Shown here: positions 29,067 through 38,141 of the stretch, in pieces
How positions within the stretch are numbered: position 1 is the stretch's first letter
How the letters are laid out: every line of letters begins with the position of its first letter
Origin: Desulfomonilia bacterium
Lineage (GTDB): Bacteria; Desulfobacterota; Desulfomonilia; UBA1062
Direction: 5' to 3'
Assembly: GCA_050014195.1 (NCBI GenBank)
Contig: JBEKDT010000011.1
Span: forward strand, 1-64,000
DNA: 64,000 nucleotides
The notes under the pieces: model-generated
Told to the model about the DNA's origin: nothing
The model's database searches: none
What the model saw: only the letters and a program-made list of their open reading frames with translations
Made by a program: the position numbers and the translations under genes

Positions 29067-29936
29067 TCATTTCTGTACGATACCCATGATCTGCCTCGCT
29101 TCTTCCGGCGACGCCGGCTCCCTGCCAAGGGACGAGGCGATCTTCACAGCCCACAGAACCTGCTCAAAGCTGCCTTTGGCAAGGCTGCTGTCAGGCAGCC
29201 TGATATTGTCTTCGAGTCCAACCCTCATGTGGCCGCCCATGAGACAGCTCATGGTAATGGCCGGAAACTGGTCCAATCCAACACCGCATGTGGTGAAGTT
29301 TGCCCCGTGGGGCAATGCATTAACCATAGTGATGAATGCCTCAGGCCTGAACCTCTGCCCCCCTGCAACACCCCAGACGAAATTGAAGTTCATGGGAGAG
29401 CTAAAGAACCCCTGCTTGGCTATCATCAAGGTATTATCAATCCCGCCGATATCATAGCACTCTATCTCGGGTTTTATGCCGTTTTCCTCCATGGCCTTGC
29501 CGAAATCCTGCAGCATGGTAAAGGTGTTCTCGAAGATTGCATCCATGATGATCTCTCCTGTGTTCCTGTCAATAATACTGAAGTTCATGGTGTTGGTGTT
29601 CAGAGATGCCATTGCAGGCTTGATTGCAAGTATCTGTGCTATCCTATCCTCAGGTTTCCTGCCGACGCCGACTGCAGAACTTAAGTTCACTATAAGCTCC
29701 GGGGTCTTCTCTTTGATGGCATCGTGGGTGGCCCTGATACGATCGATCTCATGGGTGGGGATGCCGGCATCATTCCGGGCATGCACATGGACCATTGCTG
29801 CACCGGCGGCATAACTCTTTGCTGCCTCATCGGCGAACTCTTTCGGGGTGTAGGGCACAGCAGGATTCTGGTGCTTCATGGTAAAGGGGCCGGCAAGGGC
29901 TGCACAGATGATTGCCTTGTTCTTCAAATCCTGCAT
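29067..29936 (-). CDS. Beta-keto acid cleavage enzyme (BKACE/Kce family)
   Basis: NPAVPYTP, AGAAMVHVHAR, KPEIECYD, GGHMRVGLEDN. Confidence 0.92.
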   Translation of the reverse strand: MQDLKNKAIICAALAGPFTMKHQNPAVPYTPKEFADEAAKSYAAGAAMVHVHARNDAGIPTHEIDRIRATHDAIKEKTPELIVNLSSAVGVGRKPEDRIAQILAIKPAMASLNTNTMNFSIIDRNTGEIIMDAIFENTFTMLQDFGKAMEENGIKPEIECYDIGGIDNTLMIAKQGFFSSPMNFNFVWGVAGGQRFRPEAFITMVNALPHGANFTTCGVGLDQFPAITMSCLMGGHMRVGLEDNIRLPDSSLAKGSFEQVLWAVKIASSLGREPASPEEARQIMGIVQK

Positions 29937-30008
29937 CCGATGCCTCCTTACCTGTGGTGAGATGCACCAGGGAACAGGGTAATCGTCATGAGGTTATCAT
30001 TCAGGCCT

Positions 30009-30605
30009 TCATGCCGCACGCTCCCGTGCCCCATCAATGAAGACTTTGAGGATGGCATTGGTAGCACGTTCTTGTCGTTTCTTAGTAAGGGGCTCCTTGC
30101 CAAGCACCATGACTGAAATAAATGTCTCGATGGCTCCATAGAAGATATAGGTAAGATGATGCGGGGGGATCTCTTTGCCCAAGAACCCACTCTCCTGACC
30201 CTGAGCCATAATCTGTTCGCACAGGCTGAAAAACTTCAGGAATTTCGAGAGACCTTCTTCGGTATGGTAAACCGAGCTTCTGCAAACCTCACTGACAAAG
30301 ATAGACATAAGATTGGGTTTCTGACCGTAGGTATTAAGGAAGAACTCGATGATGTTCACCAGCTTGTCCTGAATGTTTGCAGCAGATGAAATCTCTTTGT
30401 CCATCATGGCATAGAGGGCGTCCCACCAGGATTCCACGATGACTTCGAAGAGGACCTCCTTGCTCCCGAAATAATGATACACAAGCCCATAGGAGACCCG
30501 TGCCCTGCGTGCAATATCAGCCATCCGGGCATTGGCATAACCCCGTTCACGAAAGACCTCCAGGGCGGCATCGATAATCATCCCTTGCTTCCGGTTTTTC
30601 CCCAT
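30009..30605 (-). CDS. TetR/AcrR family regulator
   Basis: IIDAALEVFRERGY..MADIARRARVSYGLVYHYFGSKE. Confidence 0.93.
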   Translation of the reverse strand: MGKNRKQGMIIDAALEVFRERGYANARMADIARRARVSYGLVYHYFGSKEVLFEVIVESWWDALYAMMDKEISSAANIQDKLVNIIEFFLNTYGQKPNLMSIFVSEVCRSSVYHTEEGLSKFLKFFSLCEQIMAQGQESGFLGKEIPPHHLTYIFYGAIETFISVMVLGKEPLTKKRQERATNAILKVFIDGARERAA

Positions 30606-30765
30606 ACGTTAACCCTTTGAAAGATTAGATTGAATGTCATTTTGCCTCGGCGGTTATTTCTAGTCAAGCAATTAATCGATATGCGGATCAGAGGAGCAAA
30701 GTGCAATTTTGCTCAAAGCATGCTAAGATATTAACCCAATAATTCACATATATGCAGGAGCTTAC

Positions 30766-31227
30766 ATGGACCGTCAACTGAGGGATGTAACTGAAGGCTG
30801 CAGGATCAGGATCGATAAGGAAGGTAAGTGGTTCTATGAGGGCTGCGAGATCATCAACCCTCTCGTTCTGCGCGCCTTCTGCAATGCCCTTGAGACCGAT
30901 GAAGACGGCAGCCACCGGATCGTCATAGGCGATGAACTCTGTTATATCGAGGTGGAGGACACCCCCTTCGTTATCTCGGCCATTAGAGGCGATCCGGCCA
31001 TAGGGCTCTATGTCAGACTGAATACCCTTGAGACCTTTCCGCTTGACCCGACCAAGCTCTGCATAGGCCAGGACAATATACTCTATGCAACACTCGAAAA
31101 CGGTATGAAGGTGAGATTCAACCGGAGCTCTTATTACAGCCTCGCCCTCATGATGGAAGAAGACGAAAACGGCATGATTGTCCTGAAGATCAGGGATATC
31201 AAATATCCCATCTGTCCTGCAGAATGA
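30766..31227 (+). CDS. DUF1285-like protein
   Basis: IRIDKEGKWFYEG..I, IEVEDTPF, RLNT. Confidence 0.7.
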   Translation: MDRQLRDVTEGCRIRIDKEGKWFYEGCEIINPLVLRAFCNALETDEDGSHRIVIGDELCYIEVEDTPFVISAIRGDPAIGLYVRLNTLETFPLDPTKLCIGQDNILYATLENGMKVRFNRSSYYSLALMMEEDENGMIVLKIRDIKYPICPAE

Positions 31228-31387
31228 TCGACAAGGTTGCAACCATGGCAGGTCAGAAGGTGATTGTCTATGACACCCTGTTTGGAGTTTCGGAAGCTGA
31301 ATGCCTGTAGTCTGCAGGAAGAGATTTTGAAGGAGGATATCAGGCATTCGCCCGTTCTCCTCCTTTTCCCCTGTTTGATTAGATTTG

Positions 31388-34042
31388 TCAGCTACTGCTG
31401 GACAACGAACTAAGCTCGCTGGTCAGCCAGGACTGCTGGGCTTGAAGTTGGGAAAGCGCTGTCTCCATGGCAACGAATTTCTGAGTCATCGTATCTTGGT
31501 CCTGGGTAATGCGCTCTTCCATATCACTTATCTGCTTGTCTATGGATGTCATGTGGTTCTGGATACTCTGCTCATTTTGGGTGACAGAACCGTATATAGA
31601 ATTACTCATGTTATCGAGTATCTCACTCAGCGAATCACCGACTCCCTTTGAGAATGTGAAGTCGAAGGTCCCGGTGCTCGTGCCTGTGTATTGCACTACC
31701 AGGCCGTCGACGTCCTGGCCGGAATCACCGGTCAGGGCCTGTCCGGAGCCGGTCATGGTCATCCAGGTATTTGACCCGCTCTGACAGATGCTTCCCTGCA
31801 CATCTGTCCCTGTATAGGTAGCATCGGAGATCCCAAGATTTGCACCATTTGCAACAGTAAACCCGTAGGCAGATCCGTAGCTGTTCCTCGAGAGTACGAG
31901 CTGACCATCGGCATTCTCTGAGGCCGTTATGTCCATAGACTGATTCGCAAGCTCGGAGTTGATTGCATTGACAATATCCGACATGCTCGATCCGGATGCC
32001 AGGGATATTTGGGCCGTATTGCCTGAATTGTCCGTGAGGGTGAGGTTAGTGTCTCCGGACAGCGATCCGCCGAATCCAGTCCCTGTGGTAGCTGCCTTTG
32101 TAGCGGCCTGCGTGATCTGTACCTGATATGATCCCGTTGCGGTATTGTCTCCGGACCCTATGTAGGTAAGGTTGTTGTTTGTACTCGAACCTTGTGCGGC
32201 AAAGAGGTTTACCACATCATTGAAATTGGTTTGCAGATATCCCTCGAGCTTGGTGCTGTTGATAGAGAGCTGCCCGGTCTGGTCTAAGTTGATCCCCACA
32301 AGCCCCAGGGTGTTCAGCGTTGAATTGACACCGGTTACGCCCGATAGGATAGTATTCCGGATTGTCCACTTTATGGACTGCAATGTGGAATCGCCGAAGA
32401 GCGGCGGCGTGGTGGCCGTTGTAGTCGTACTGCTTGAACTGCTTGTACTTGGAGTATACGTGAATTGGTTGGTGATCTCGGTCATGAGAGCGTTATATTT
32501 CGATACGAAATCCGATATCTTCGACTCGATCCCCGAAGTATCCTGTGTGATGTTCAGGGTGATGGTCGAGTTCGGGTCTGCGCCAACGAGACTGATCGTC
32601 GTGCCGGCGATGACATCGCTGATCTGGTTCGTATTACGGGTGATGGTGTTGCCATCCAGAGTGATAGTGGCATCAGCGCCTGCGACGATCTGGCGGCTCC
32701 TGATTTTTGTCGGATCGCTGAACGTCCCCAAATTGAGACTCGAATTCGACGGCGTCAACGTAAGATCCAGATTCGATGAACCCGACGACCGGTTGTCCTC
32801 CACCACAATGGCACCGTTGCTGTTTACATAGGCCGAGACCTGATTTCCGTAGGCGCTGTCAATGGCGGACAGTAAATCACCTACTGTGGAGTTTGCCGTC
32901 ACGGTAAAGGTCGTGTTTACAGAAGCGTTAGGATCGCTGATTGCTATCGTGTCGGAACTTGTCCAGGTACTGTATCCATCGATGTTTTTCAGGAGGGTGC
33001 TATTGGTTATGGCCGACCCTCCGGTTGTATTCTGCGTGCTCCCTACTACTCCGTACACATCTGAGCTTGCTGAGTTGCCCTGTTCGAGAATACCAAGGGT
33101 CTGAAGGATGTTGCTCGCATCGGTAAAGGATTGGGTGCCGTTTATCTGGAGTGTGTAGGTCGTGTTTCCGGAGGAGTCTGTCTTTGAAACAATGGATGAG
33201 CTGATCCCGGCAGCATTGATTTTATCATTAATACTTTCCAATGAATCACTGGCCAGATTTATAGAGATGCTCTGACCGCCTATGGTAACCGTTCCCGATG
33301 CACCATTTGTGAGACCCAGGATGCTCTGGATGCTCTGTGTGGAACTGGAAAAGGCGGAAGATAATGCTCCACCCGTAAATGCATTACGTATTGAGGTGGT
33401 ACTGTCGGCAAAGCCAAGTTCACCCAGCACATTTGCTGCGGAGCCATTTGCCAGGACCATCCCGTTCTTGCCCGTATTCTGCGAGGTGAGGGTGAGTTGA
33501 TATTGGCCGGAGGCCACGGTAATTATGGACGCGATCACCCCTGAAGGGTTGGACCCGGAATTGAGGGCATTGATCTTGTTCTGAATAGAGGTGAGGCTGT
33601 CGGTAGTTGCAATGTTCACCGTGTGGCCGTTGATCACAAGGTCCCCTGATATGTTCAGGCCTGTCGAAAGGGAGTTGAAGTATTCCGAACCCAGTTTCTG
33701 TGCCTGTGCGAGGTTGTTTACAATCAGCGAATAACTCCCGGGGGATGCGTTTGACCCCACGGTAAAACTCGCTAGTTTACTGACATCAGTCGTTGTGCCG
33801 GTGGCACTTGCATTGGAGGTATAAAGATTGAAGTCGTCTAATGTGGAAAGAGCACTTGCGCTTGTCTGCAAAGCGGCAAGCTTGGTGTTGATTGTGGTCC
33901 ACTCGGTATATTGGCTTTGGAGCGTTGTCTTCTGATTCGTCAAGAGGGTTTCCGGCTGCCGCTCGACATCCATCATCTGGCTGATCAGACTCTGCCAATC
34001 CAACCCTGAAGACAAACCCACTATGGAATTCGTGCTTGACAT
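31388..34042 (-). CDS. fliD: Flagellar filament cap protein, large form (884 aa)
   Basis: GLSSGLDWQSLISQMMDVERQP N-terminus; VNNLAQAQK; ISDFVSKYN; KFVAMETALSQLQAQQSWL C-terminus. Confidence 0.93.
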   Translation of the reverse strand: MSSTNSIVGLSSGLDWQSLISQMMDVERQPETLLTNQKTTLQSQYTEWTTINTKLAALQTSASALSTLDDFNLYTSNASATGTTTDVSKLASFTVGSNASPGSYSLIVNNLAQAQKLGSEYFNSLSTGLNISGDLVINGHTVNIATTDSLTSIQNKINALNSGSNPSGVIASIITVASGQYQLTLTSQNTGKNGMVLANGSAANVLGELGFADSTTSIRNAFTGGALSSAFSSSTQSIQSILGLTNGASGTVTIGGQSISINLASDSLESINDKINAAGISSSIVSKTDSSGNTTYTLQINGTQSFTDASNILQTLGILEQGNSASSDVYGVVGSTQNTTGGSAITNSTLLKNIDGYSTWTSSDTIAISDPNASVNTTFTVTANSTVGDLLSAIDSAYGNQVSAYVNSNGAIVVEDNRSSGSSNLDLTLTPSNSSLNLGTFSDPTKIRSRQIVAGADATITLDGNTITRNTNQISDVIAGTTISLVGADPNSTITLNITQDTSGIESKISDFVSKYNALMTEITNQFTYTPSTSSSSSTTTTATTPPLFGDSTLQSIKWTIRNTILSGVTGVNSTLNTLGLVGINLDQTGQLSINSTKLEGYLQTNFNDVVNLFAAQGSSTNNNLTYIGSGDNTATGSYQVQITQAATKAATTGTGFGGSLSGDTNLTLTDNSGNTAQISLASGSSMSDIVNAINSELANQSMDITASENADGQLVLSRNSYGSAYGFTVANGANLGISDATYTGTDVQGSICQSGSNTWMTMTGSGQALTGDSGQDVDGLVVQYTGTSTGTFDFTFSKGVGDSLSEILDNMSNSIYGSVTQNEQSIQNHMTSIDKQISDMEERITQDQDTMTQKFVAMETALSQLQAQQSWLTSELSSLSSSS

Positions 34043-34073
34043 GACGCTCCCCTCTCTCCTCAGAATACGGTCC

Positions 34074-34097
34074 AGGCCCCGACCGGAATCGGGGCCT
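34074..34097 (-). other. Stem-loop between flaG and fliD
   Basis: AGGCCCCGA-N6-TCGGGGCCT. Confidence 0.5.
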
Positions 34098-34112
34098 AGG
34101 CTATTTTTACCT

Positions 34113-34484
34113 CTAGGCTTTCTCCTTCACAAGCAACCCGGACATCTCCTTGAGATGTTCCCTTATGCTGAGCACATCATCGGGTGGTATCTGCCTGATC
34201 ACTTTTCCCGTATCATCGTCCACTACCTTCACCACGATGTCATCCATCTTTCCATCGACAGTGAACTGGATGGAACTGTTATTGGACCTGAGTTGAGCGT
34301 TGATTGCATCCAGGTTCTGTTTGATCTCTTCGGCAGAAGGCTTATCTTTCTGAAGGACTTTTTGCGCTTGATCGCCACTCGTATCTTGAGATGCCTGGGC
34401 AATGGCCGGTGACCCCAAACCGATACCTACCATCCGGACAGGATCATTTGGTACGGTGCTTACCGAATCTATCTTCATGGCCAC
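34113..34484 (-). CDS. flaG: FlaG family protein
   Basis: IQFTVD..IVVKVVDDDTGKVIRQIPPDDVL..GLLV. Confidence 0.92.
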   Translation of the reverse strand: MAMKIDSVSTVPNDPVRMVGIGLGSPAIAQASQDTSGDQAQKVLQKDKPSAEEIKQNLDAINAQLRSNNSSIQFTVDGKMDDIVVKVVDDDTGKVIRQIPPDDVLSIREHLKEMSGLLVKEKA

Positions 34485-34501
34485 ACCCGCCTTTCTCCAG
34501 A

Positions 34502-34531
34502 GAGGATCACGGGGTCATCCCCGTGATCCTC
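34502..34531 (-). terminator. Strong hairpin downstream of fliC (terminator or mRNA stabiliser)
   Basis: Perfect 13-bp stem GAGGATCACGGGG-TCAT-CCCCGTGATCCTC; no U-tract. Confidence 0.6.
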
Positions 34532-34543
34532 AATGAAGGTTCA

Positions 34544-35320
34544 TTATTTAAACAGGGTCAGGATATTCTGTGAGCTTGAGTTGGCCTGGGCCAGCATTGC
34601 GGTACCCGCCTGCTCCAGGATCTGGTTCTTGGTGAAGTTTGTCATCTCAGAGGCCATGTCGACATCCCTGATGGCCGATTGCTGGGAAGACATGTTCGTG
34701 ATCTCCGTCTGGAGGTTGTTATAGGCGTAGGTGAGCCGGTTCTGGGCTGCACCTATGGCAGCCAGATTATTGTCCACCGTGCCGATAGCAGTTGAAACAG
34801 TATCGATGGCAGCCGTGGCGCCTCCACCTGTCAAGGCTATTGAGGTAAGACCAAGGGTGCCTAAATCCATACTAGTTACAGCGACAGTGATCTGGGATGC
34901 CGTGCCCGAGGTATCACCAACCTGGAAGGTGCCACCTCCCCCAGGTGTGCTTGCCACGATGCGGGTGATTTCGCTTTTCAGCTGTTGGAATTCCTGATCT
35001 TCTGCGGTTCCTCCGTCTTGTGCCCCCTGGGTGGCCAGTTCCTTCATCCTCTCAAGGATGGTTTCAACCTGGTTTGCTGCACCCTCTGCAATAGACAAGC
35101 CGGCATTGGCTTCGGTGGTGTTCTGGGACGCAACGGTAAGGGACCTGATGTTGGAGCGGAGCCCGTTGGCAATGGACAGACCTGCGGCGTCATCCGATGC
35201 GCTGTTGATGCGGTAGCCGCTGGAGAGCTTCTGCTCGCTTTTGGTCATTGCGGCATCAGTATTGACTAAGTTGTTATGGGCGTAAAGTGCTGCGACGTTG
35301 GTGTTAATGGTAAGTGACAT
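34544..35320 (-). CDS. fliC: Flagellin, minimal (258 aa)
   Basis: INTNVAAL, KLSSGYRINSASDDAAGL, IGAAQNRL, IRDVDMASEM..QILEQAGTAMLAQAN; AAGGAGG RBS. Confidence 0.96.
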   Translation of the reverse strand: MSLTINTNVAALYAHNNLVNTDAAMTKSEQKLSSGYRINSASDDAAGLSIANGLRSNIRSLTVASQNTTEANAGLSIAEGAANQVETILERMKELATQGAQDGGTAEDQEFQQLKSEITRIVASTPGGGGTFQVGDTSGTASQITVAVTSMDLGTLGLTSIALTGGGATAAIDTVSTAIGTVDNNLAAIGAAQNRLTYAYNNLQTEITNMSSQQSAIRDVDMASEMTNFTKNQILEQAGTAMLAQANSSSQNILTLFK

Positions 35321-35350
35321 AATTGGATCCTCCTTGATTTTTTTGGTTTT

Positions 35351-35405
35351 CCCGACCATCCGTGGCCGGGTTATTCATTTGTGATCAGCTTCCAGGTCCT
35401 GATCA
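35351..35405 (-). promoter_or_regulatory. Putative CsrA/RsmA binding hairpins in fliC leader
   Basis: CCCGGCC-ACGGAT-GGTCGGG hairpin; TGATCAG-GACCTGGAAG-CTGATCA hairpin containing GGA. Confidence 0.6.
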
Positions 35406-35458
35406 AACCTTGTGTTCCCCTCACCTCCTTCCAGTTTGTTATTAATCTGCTAAGACAG

Positions 35459-35485
35459 TTATCGGCAAATATTCATGACACTTTA
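35459..35485 (-). promoter_or_regulatory. Sigma28 (FliA) promoter of fliC
   Basis: TAAA-N15-GCCGATAA exact consensus. Confidence 0.88.
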
Positions 35486-35688
35486 AATATTTTTTCAAGA
35501 TCATCAAATTTCGCCCTCACTCAATGAGTGATCAGCTTTCACGGCGATCTTCAAATCATACTCTATTATATAAATGTCATATTGATACATATACTCAAAA
35601 ATATACCCTCCCCCGCTACTTAAAATTGCTAGAAAAAAACATACGCTGTTTCTGGTGCGTCAGAAAAACAATCCATAGTCACAGAGAA

Positions 35689-35702
35689 GTCAAAATATTG
35701 AC
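35689..35702. promoter_or_regulatory. Palindromic activator site (FleQ/FlrA-like)
   Basis: GTCAAAATATTGAC about 65 bp upstream of the -24/-12 element. Confidence 0.5.
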
Positions 35703-35767
35703 TCAAATTTCTTATTCTCCTTGCTCTGAGTGCTTGTTTCTATTGTATTTTTACTGCTAAGGTTTCA

Positions 35768-35783
35768 TGGCATGTTCCTTGCT
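35768..35783 (+). promoter_or_regulatory. Sigma54 promoter of glycosylation operon
   Basis: TGGCAT-N5-TTGCT with GG-N10-GC spacing. Confidence 0.75.
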
Positions 35784-35954
35784 GAAACCCTGTCGGATTA
35801 TGTCTTTTAACGGTTTTACAGGGCAGATGCTGATTCTGATCCTCGGCATGGGTATTCACCCCAAAGGGGCGGAGCCTACCTTATTGATGAAAAAGATAAA
35901 TGAAATGTCAGCTTCCCAACCGAACCGAAATCCTTAAAAAGGGGTAACAATTCA

Positions 35955-36983
35955 ATGAATACTATCCTAAAAGATAAGACAATCCTCCTTACTGGCGGCA
36001 CGGGCTCATTCGGCCGGGAATTCACGCGTATCATCTTAGAACAGCACAATCCCAAAGTCCTAAGGATTTTCTCACGGGATGAGCTCAAGCAGAGCCGCAT
36101 GCAATCGGCCTTAAACGATGAGCGGCTACGATTTTTTGTCGGCGATGTACGGGACCGCGAGCGCCTCTACCGCGCCATGACCGGCGTGGATATCGTTGTG
36201 CATGCAGCTGCATTGAAACAGGTCCCCTCATGCGAGTATAATCCCTTCGAGGCTGTGAAGACCAACATCCTCGGTGCACAAAATATCATTGATGCTGCTA
36301 TCGACAACAGGGTCCAGAAGGTGATCGCCCTGAGCACCGACAAGGCCGTTAATCCCATCAACCTTTACGGTGCTACTAAACTCTGTGCTGAGAAGATTTT
36401 TATTCACGGCAATTCATATTCCGGGGAGAAAGAAACCCGATTCAGCTGTGTCCGCTACGGCAATGTTTTAGGAAGCCGCGGGAGTGTCATCCCCATCTTC
36501 TTCGAGCAGAGAAAAACTGGCAAGATTACGATCACCGATGTGCGTATGACTCGTTTCTGGATAACCCTGACAAAGGCTGTTGCTCTCGTAGTCAAGGGCC
36601 TCAACTATATGAGGGGTGGTGAGATCTTCATTCCCAAGATTCCCAGCATGCGGATCACCGATCTTGCCGAGGCCGTTGCTCCCGAGTGTAAGATTGAGGT
36701 GATTGGACGGAGACCTGGGGAGAAACTCCATGAGATTCTTATTACGGAAGATGAAGGCATTCAGACCGTGTTTTTGGATGGGCTCTATGCCATCCTGCCA
36801 TCCAAAGGTTGGCTGAAGATGAAGCAGTATGATAATGGCACAAGGCTTCCGGAGGGTTTCACTTATATGAGCGATACGAATTGCGAATGGCTCTCCATAG
36901 ATGATCTCAGGGCCATGATTCAGAGCGATACCTTTAAAAACGAACCTGAGAATCGAAGACAAACAGGGACAGAACGTTTCTAG
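35955..36983 (+). CDS. pseB: UDP-GlcNAc 4,6-dehydratase (inverting)
   Basis: TGGTGSFG, FSRDELKQ, HAAALKQVP, STDKA.NPINLYGATK, RYGNV, RPGEKLHE. Confidence 0.93.
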   Translation: MNTILKDKTILLTGGTGSFGREFTRIILEQHNPKVLRIFSRDELKQSRMQSALNDERLRFFVGDVRDRERLYRAMTGVDIVVHAAALKQVPSCEYNPFEAVKTNILGAQNIIDAAIDNRVQKVIALSTDKAVNPINLYGATKLCAEKIFIHGNSYSGEKETRFSCVRYGNVLGSRGSVIPIFFEQRKTGKITITDVRMTRFWITLTKAVALVVKGLNYMRGGEIFIPKIPSMRITDLAEAVAPECKIEVIGRRPGEKLHEILITEDEGIQTVFLDGLYAILPSKGWLKMKQYDNGTRLPEGFTYMSDTNCEWLSIDDLRAMIQSDTFKNEPENRRQTGTERF

Positions 36984-36992
36984 GCAAGTGAA

Positions 36993-38141
36993 ATGGATAA
37001 GCCCATCCCCTATGGAAGACATAGCCTTGATGACGAGGATATCTCCGCCGTTGTCCAGGTGCTCCGGTCCGACTGGCTGACCACCGGACCGAAGGTGGCC
37101 GAGTTCGAAGCTGCTATCGCCACCTATACGGGCGCCCAGCACGCCGTGGCGGTGAACAGCGGGACAGCGGCGCTCCACTCCGCTCTTAACGCCTTAGACA
37201 TCAGGTGCGGAGACGAGGTTATTGTACCTGCCATCACCTTCCTGGCCACGGCCAATGCCGTGGTGTACCAAGGCGGGACACCTGTTTTCGCGGATATCTT
37301 GCCCGATACCCTGACCATTAATCCCGACAGTGTTGCAGAGCGAATATCTCCACGAACAAGGGCCGTCATCGCCGTCGATTATGCGGGACAGCCCTGCGCC
37401 TATGACGAACTCCAGGCACTCTGCGACAGGAAGGGCATCAAACTTGTCGCGGACGCCTGCCATTCGCTGGGCGCCGAATATAAGGGAAGAAAGTCCGGCA
37501 CGCTGGGGGTCCTCAACTGCCTGAGCTTTCATCCCGTCAAGCACATCACTACCGGCGAAGGCGGCATGATCCTTACGAATGAGGCGGCCTTTGCCGATAA
37601 AATGCGGCGCTTCAGGAACCATGGGATCACCCTCGATGCGCAAAAACGGCGCACGAAGGGAACATGGTACTATGAAATGAATGAACCGGGATACAATTAC
37701 AGGATTACGGACATCCAGTGCGCCCTTGGAATCAGCCAGCTTCGAAAACTCCCCGAATGGCTCGATAGGCGGCGTTCAATTGCCTCCCGGTATGATGAGG
37801 CTATCCGCGTTATCCCCGGCATGACCCCTCTGAGCGTACATAATCATGTCCGGCATGCATACCATCTCTATGTGATTCGACTCGATCAAACAATATACAA
37901 CCGTGCCGAGGTGTTCAAGGGCCTCCATGAGCTAGGTATCCTGGTAAATGTCCATTATATTCCCATCCATCTCCAGCCCTTTTACCGCATACATTACGGC
38001 ACATGCGAGGGCTTATGCCCTGTGGCCGAGCAGGCATATGAGGAAATCATCTCGCTACCTTTGTTCCCAACTATGCACGATGAAGATGTACAACGCATTA
38101 TTAAGGATATAAACCGGATATGCAGGCGGTTCGTTAAATGA
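36993..38141 (+). CDS. pseC: UDP-4-keto-6-deoxy-HexNAc aminotransferase (DegT family)
   Basis: IPYGRH, WLTTGP, DACHSLG, SFHPVKHITTGEGG, GYNYRITD. Confidence 0.88.
   Translation: MDKPIPYGRHSLDDEDISAVVQVLRSDWLTTGPKVAEFEAAIATYTGAQHAVAVNSGTAALHSALNALDIRCGDEVIVPAITFLATANAVVYQGGTPVFADILPDTLTINPDSVAERISPRTRAVIAVDYAGQPCAYDELQALCDRKGIKLVADACHSLGAEYKGRKSGTLGVLNCLSFHPVKHITTGEGGMILTNEAAFADKMRRFRNHGITLDAQKRRTKGTWYYEMNEPGYNYRITDIQCALGISQLRKLPEWLDRRRSIASRYDEAIRVIPGMTPLSVHNHVRHAYHLYVIRLDQTIYNRAEVFKGLHELGILVNVHYIPIHLQPFYRIHYGTCEGLCPVAEQAYEEIISLPLFPTMHDEDVQRIIKDINRICRRFVK

Noticed and set aside
30688-31347. 219-aa minus ORF after fliD with an AGGAGG-like RBS (possible fliS position)
   Set aside because: No FliS similarity, and it overlaps the DUF1285-like gene antisense
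35500-35510. ATCATCAAATT matching part of the shared stress element
   Set aside because: Only 11 bp; the rest of the element and the dyad spacing are absent
35795-35954. Possible c-di-GMP riboswitch in the pseB leader
   Set aside because: GEMM hallmarks (GGCAAA..GAAA..GACGCAAAGC) not found; only a small hairpin
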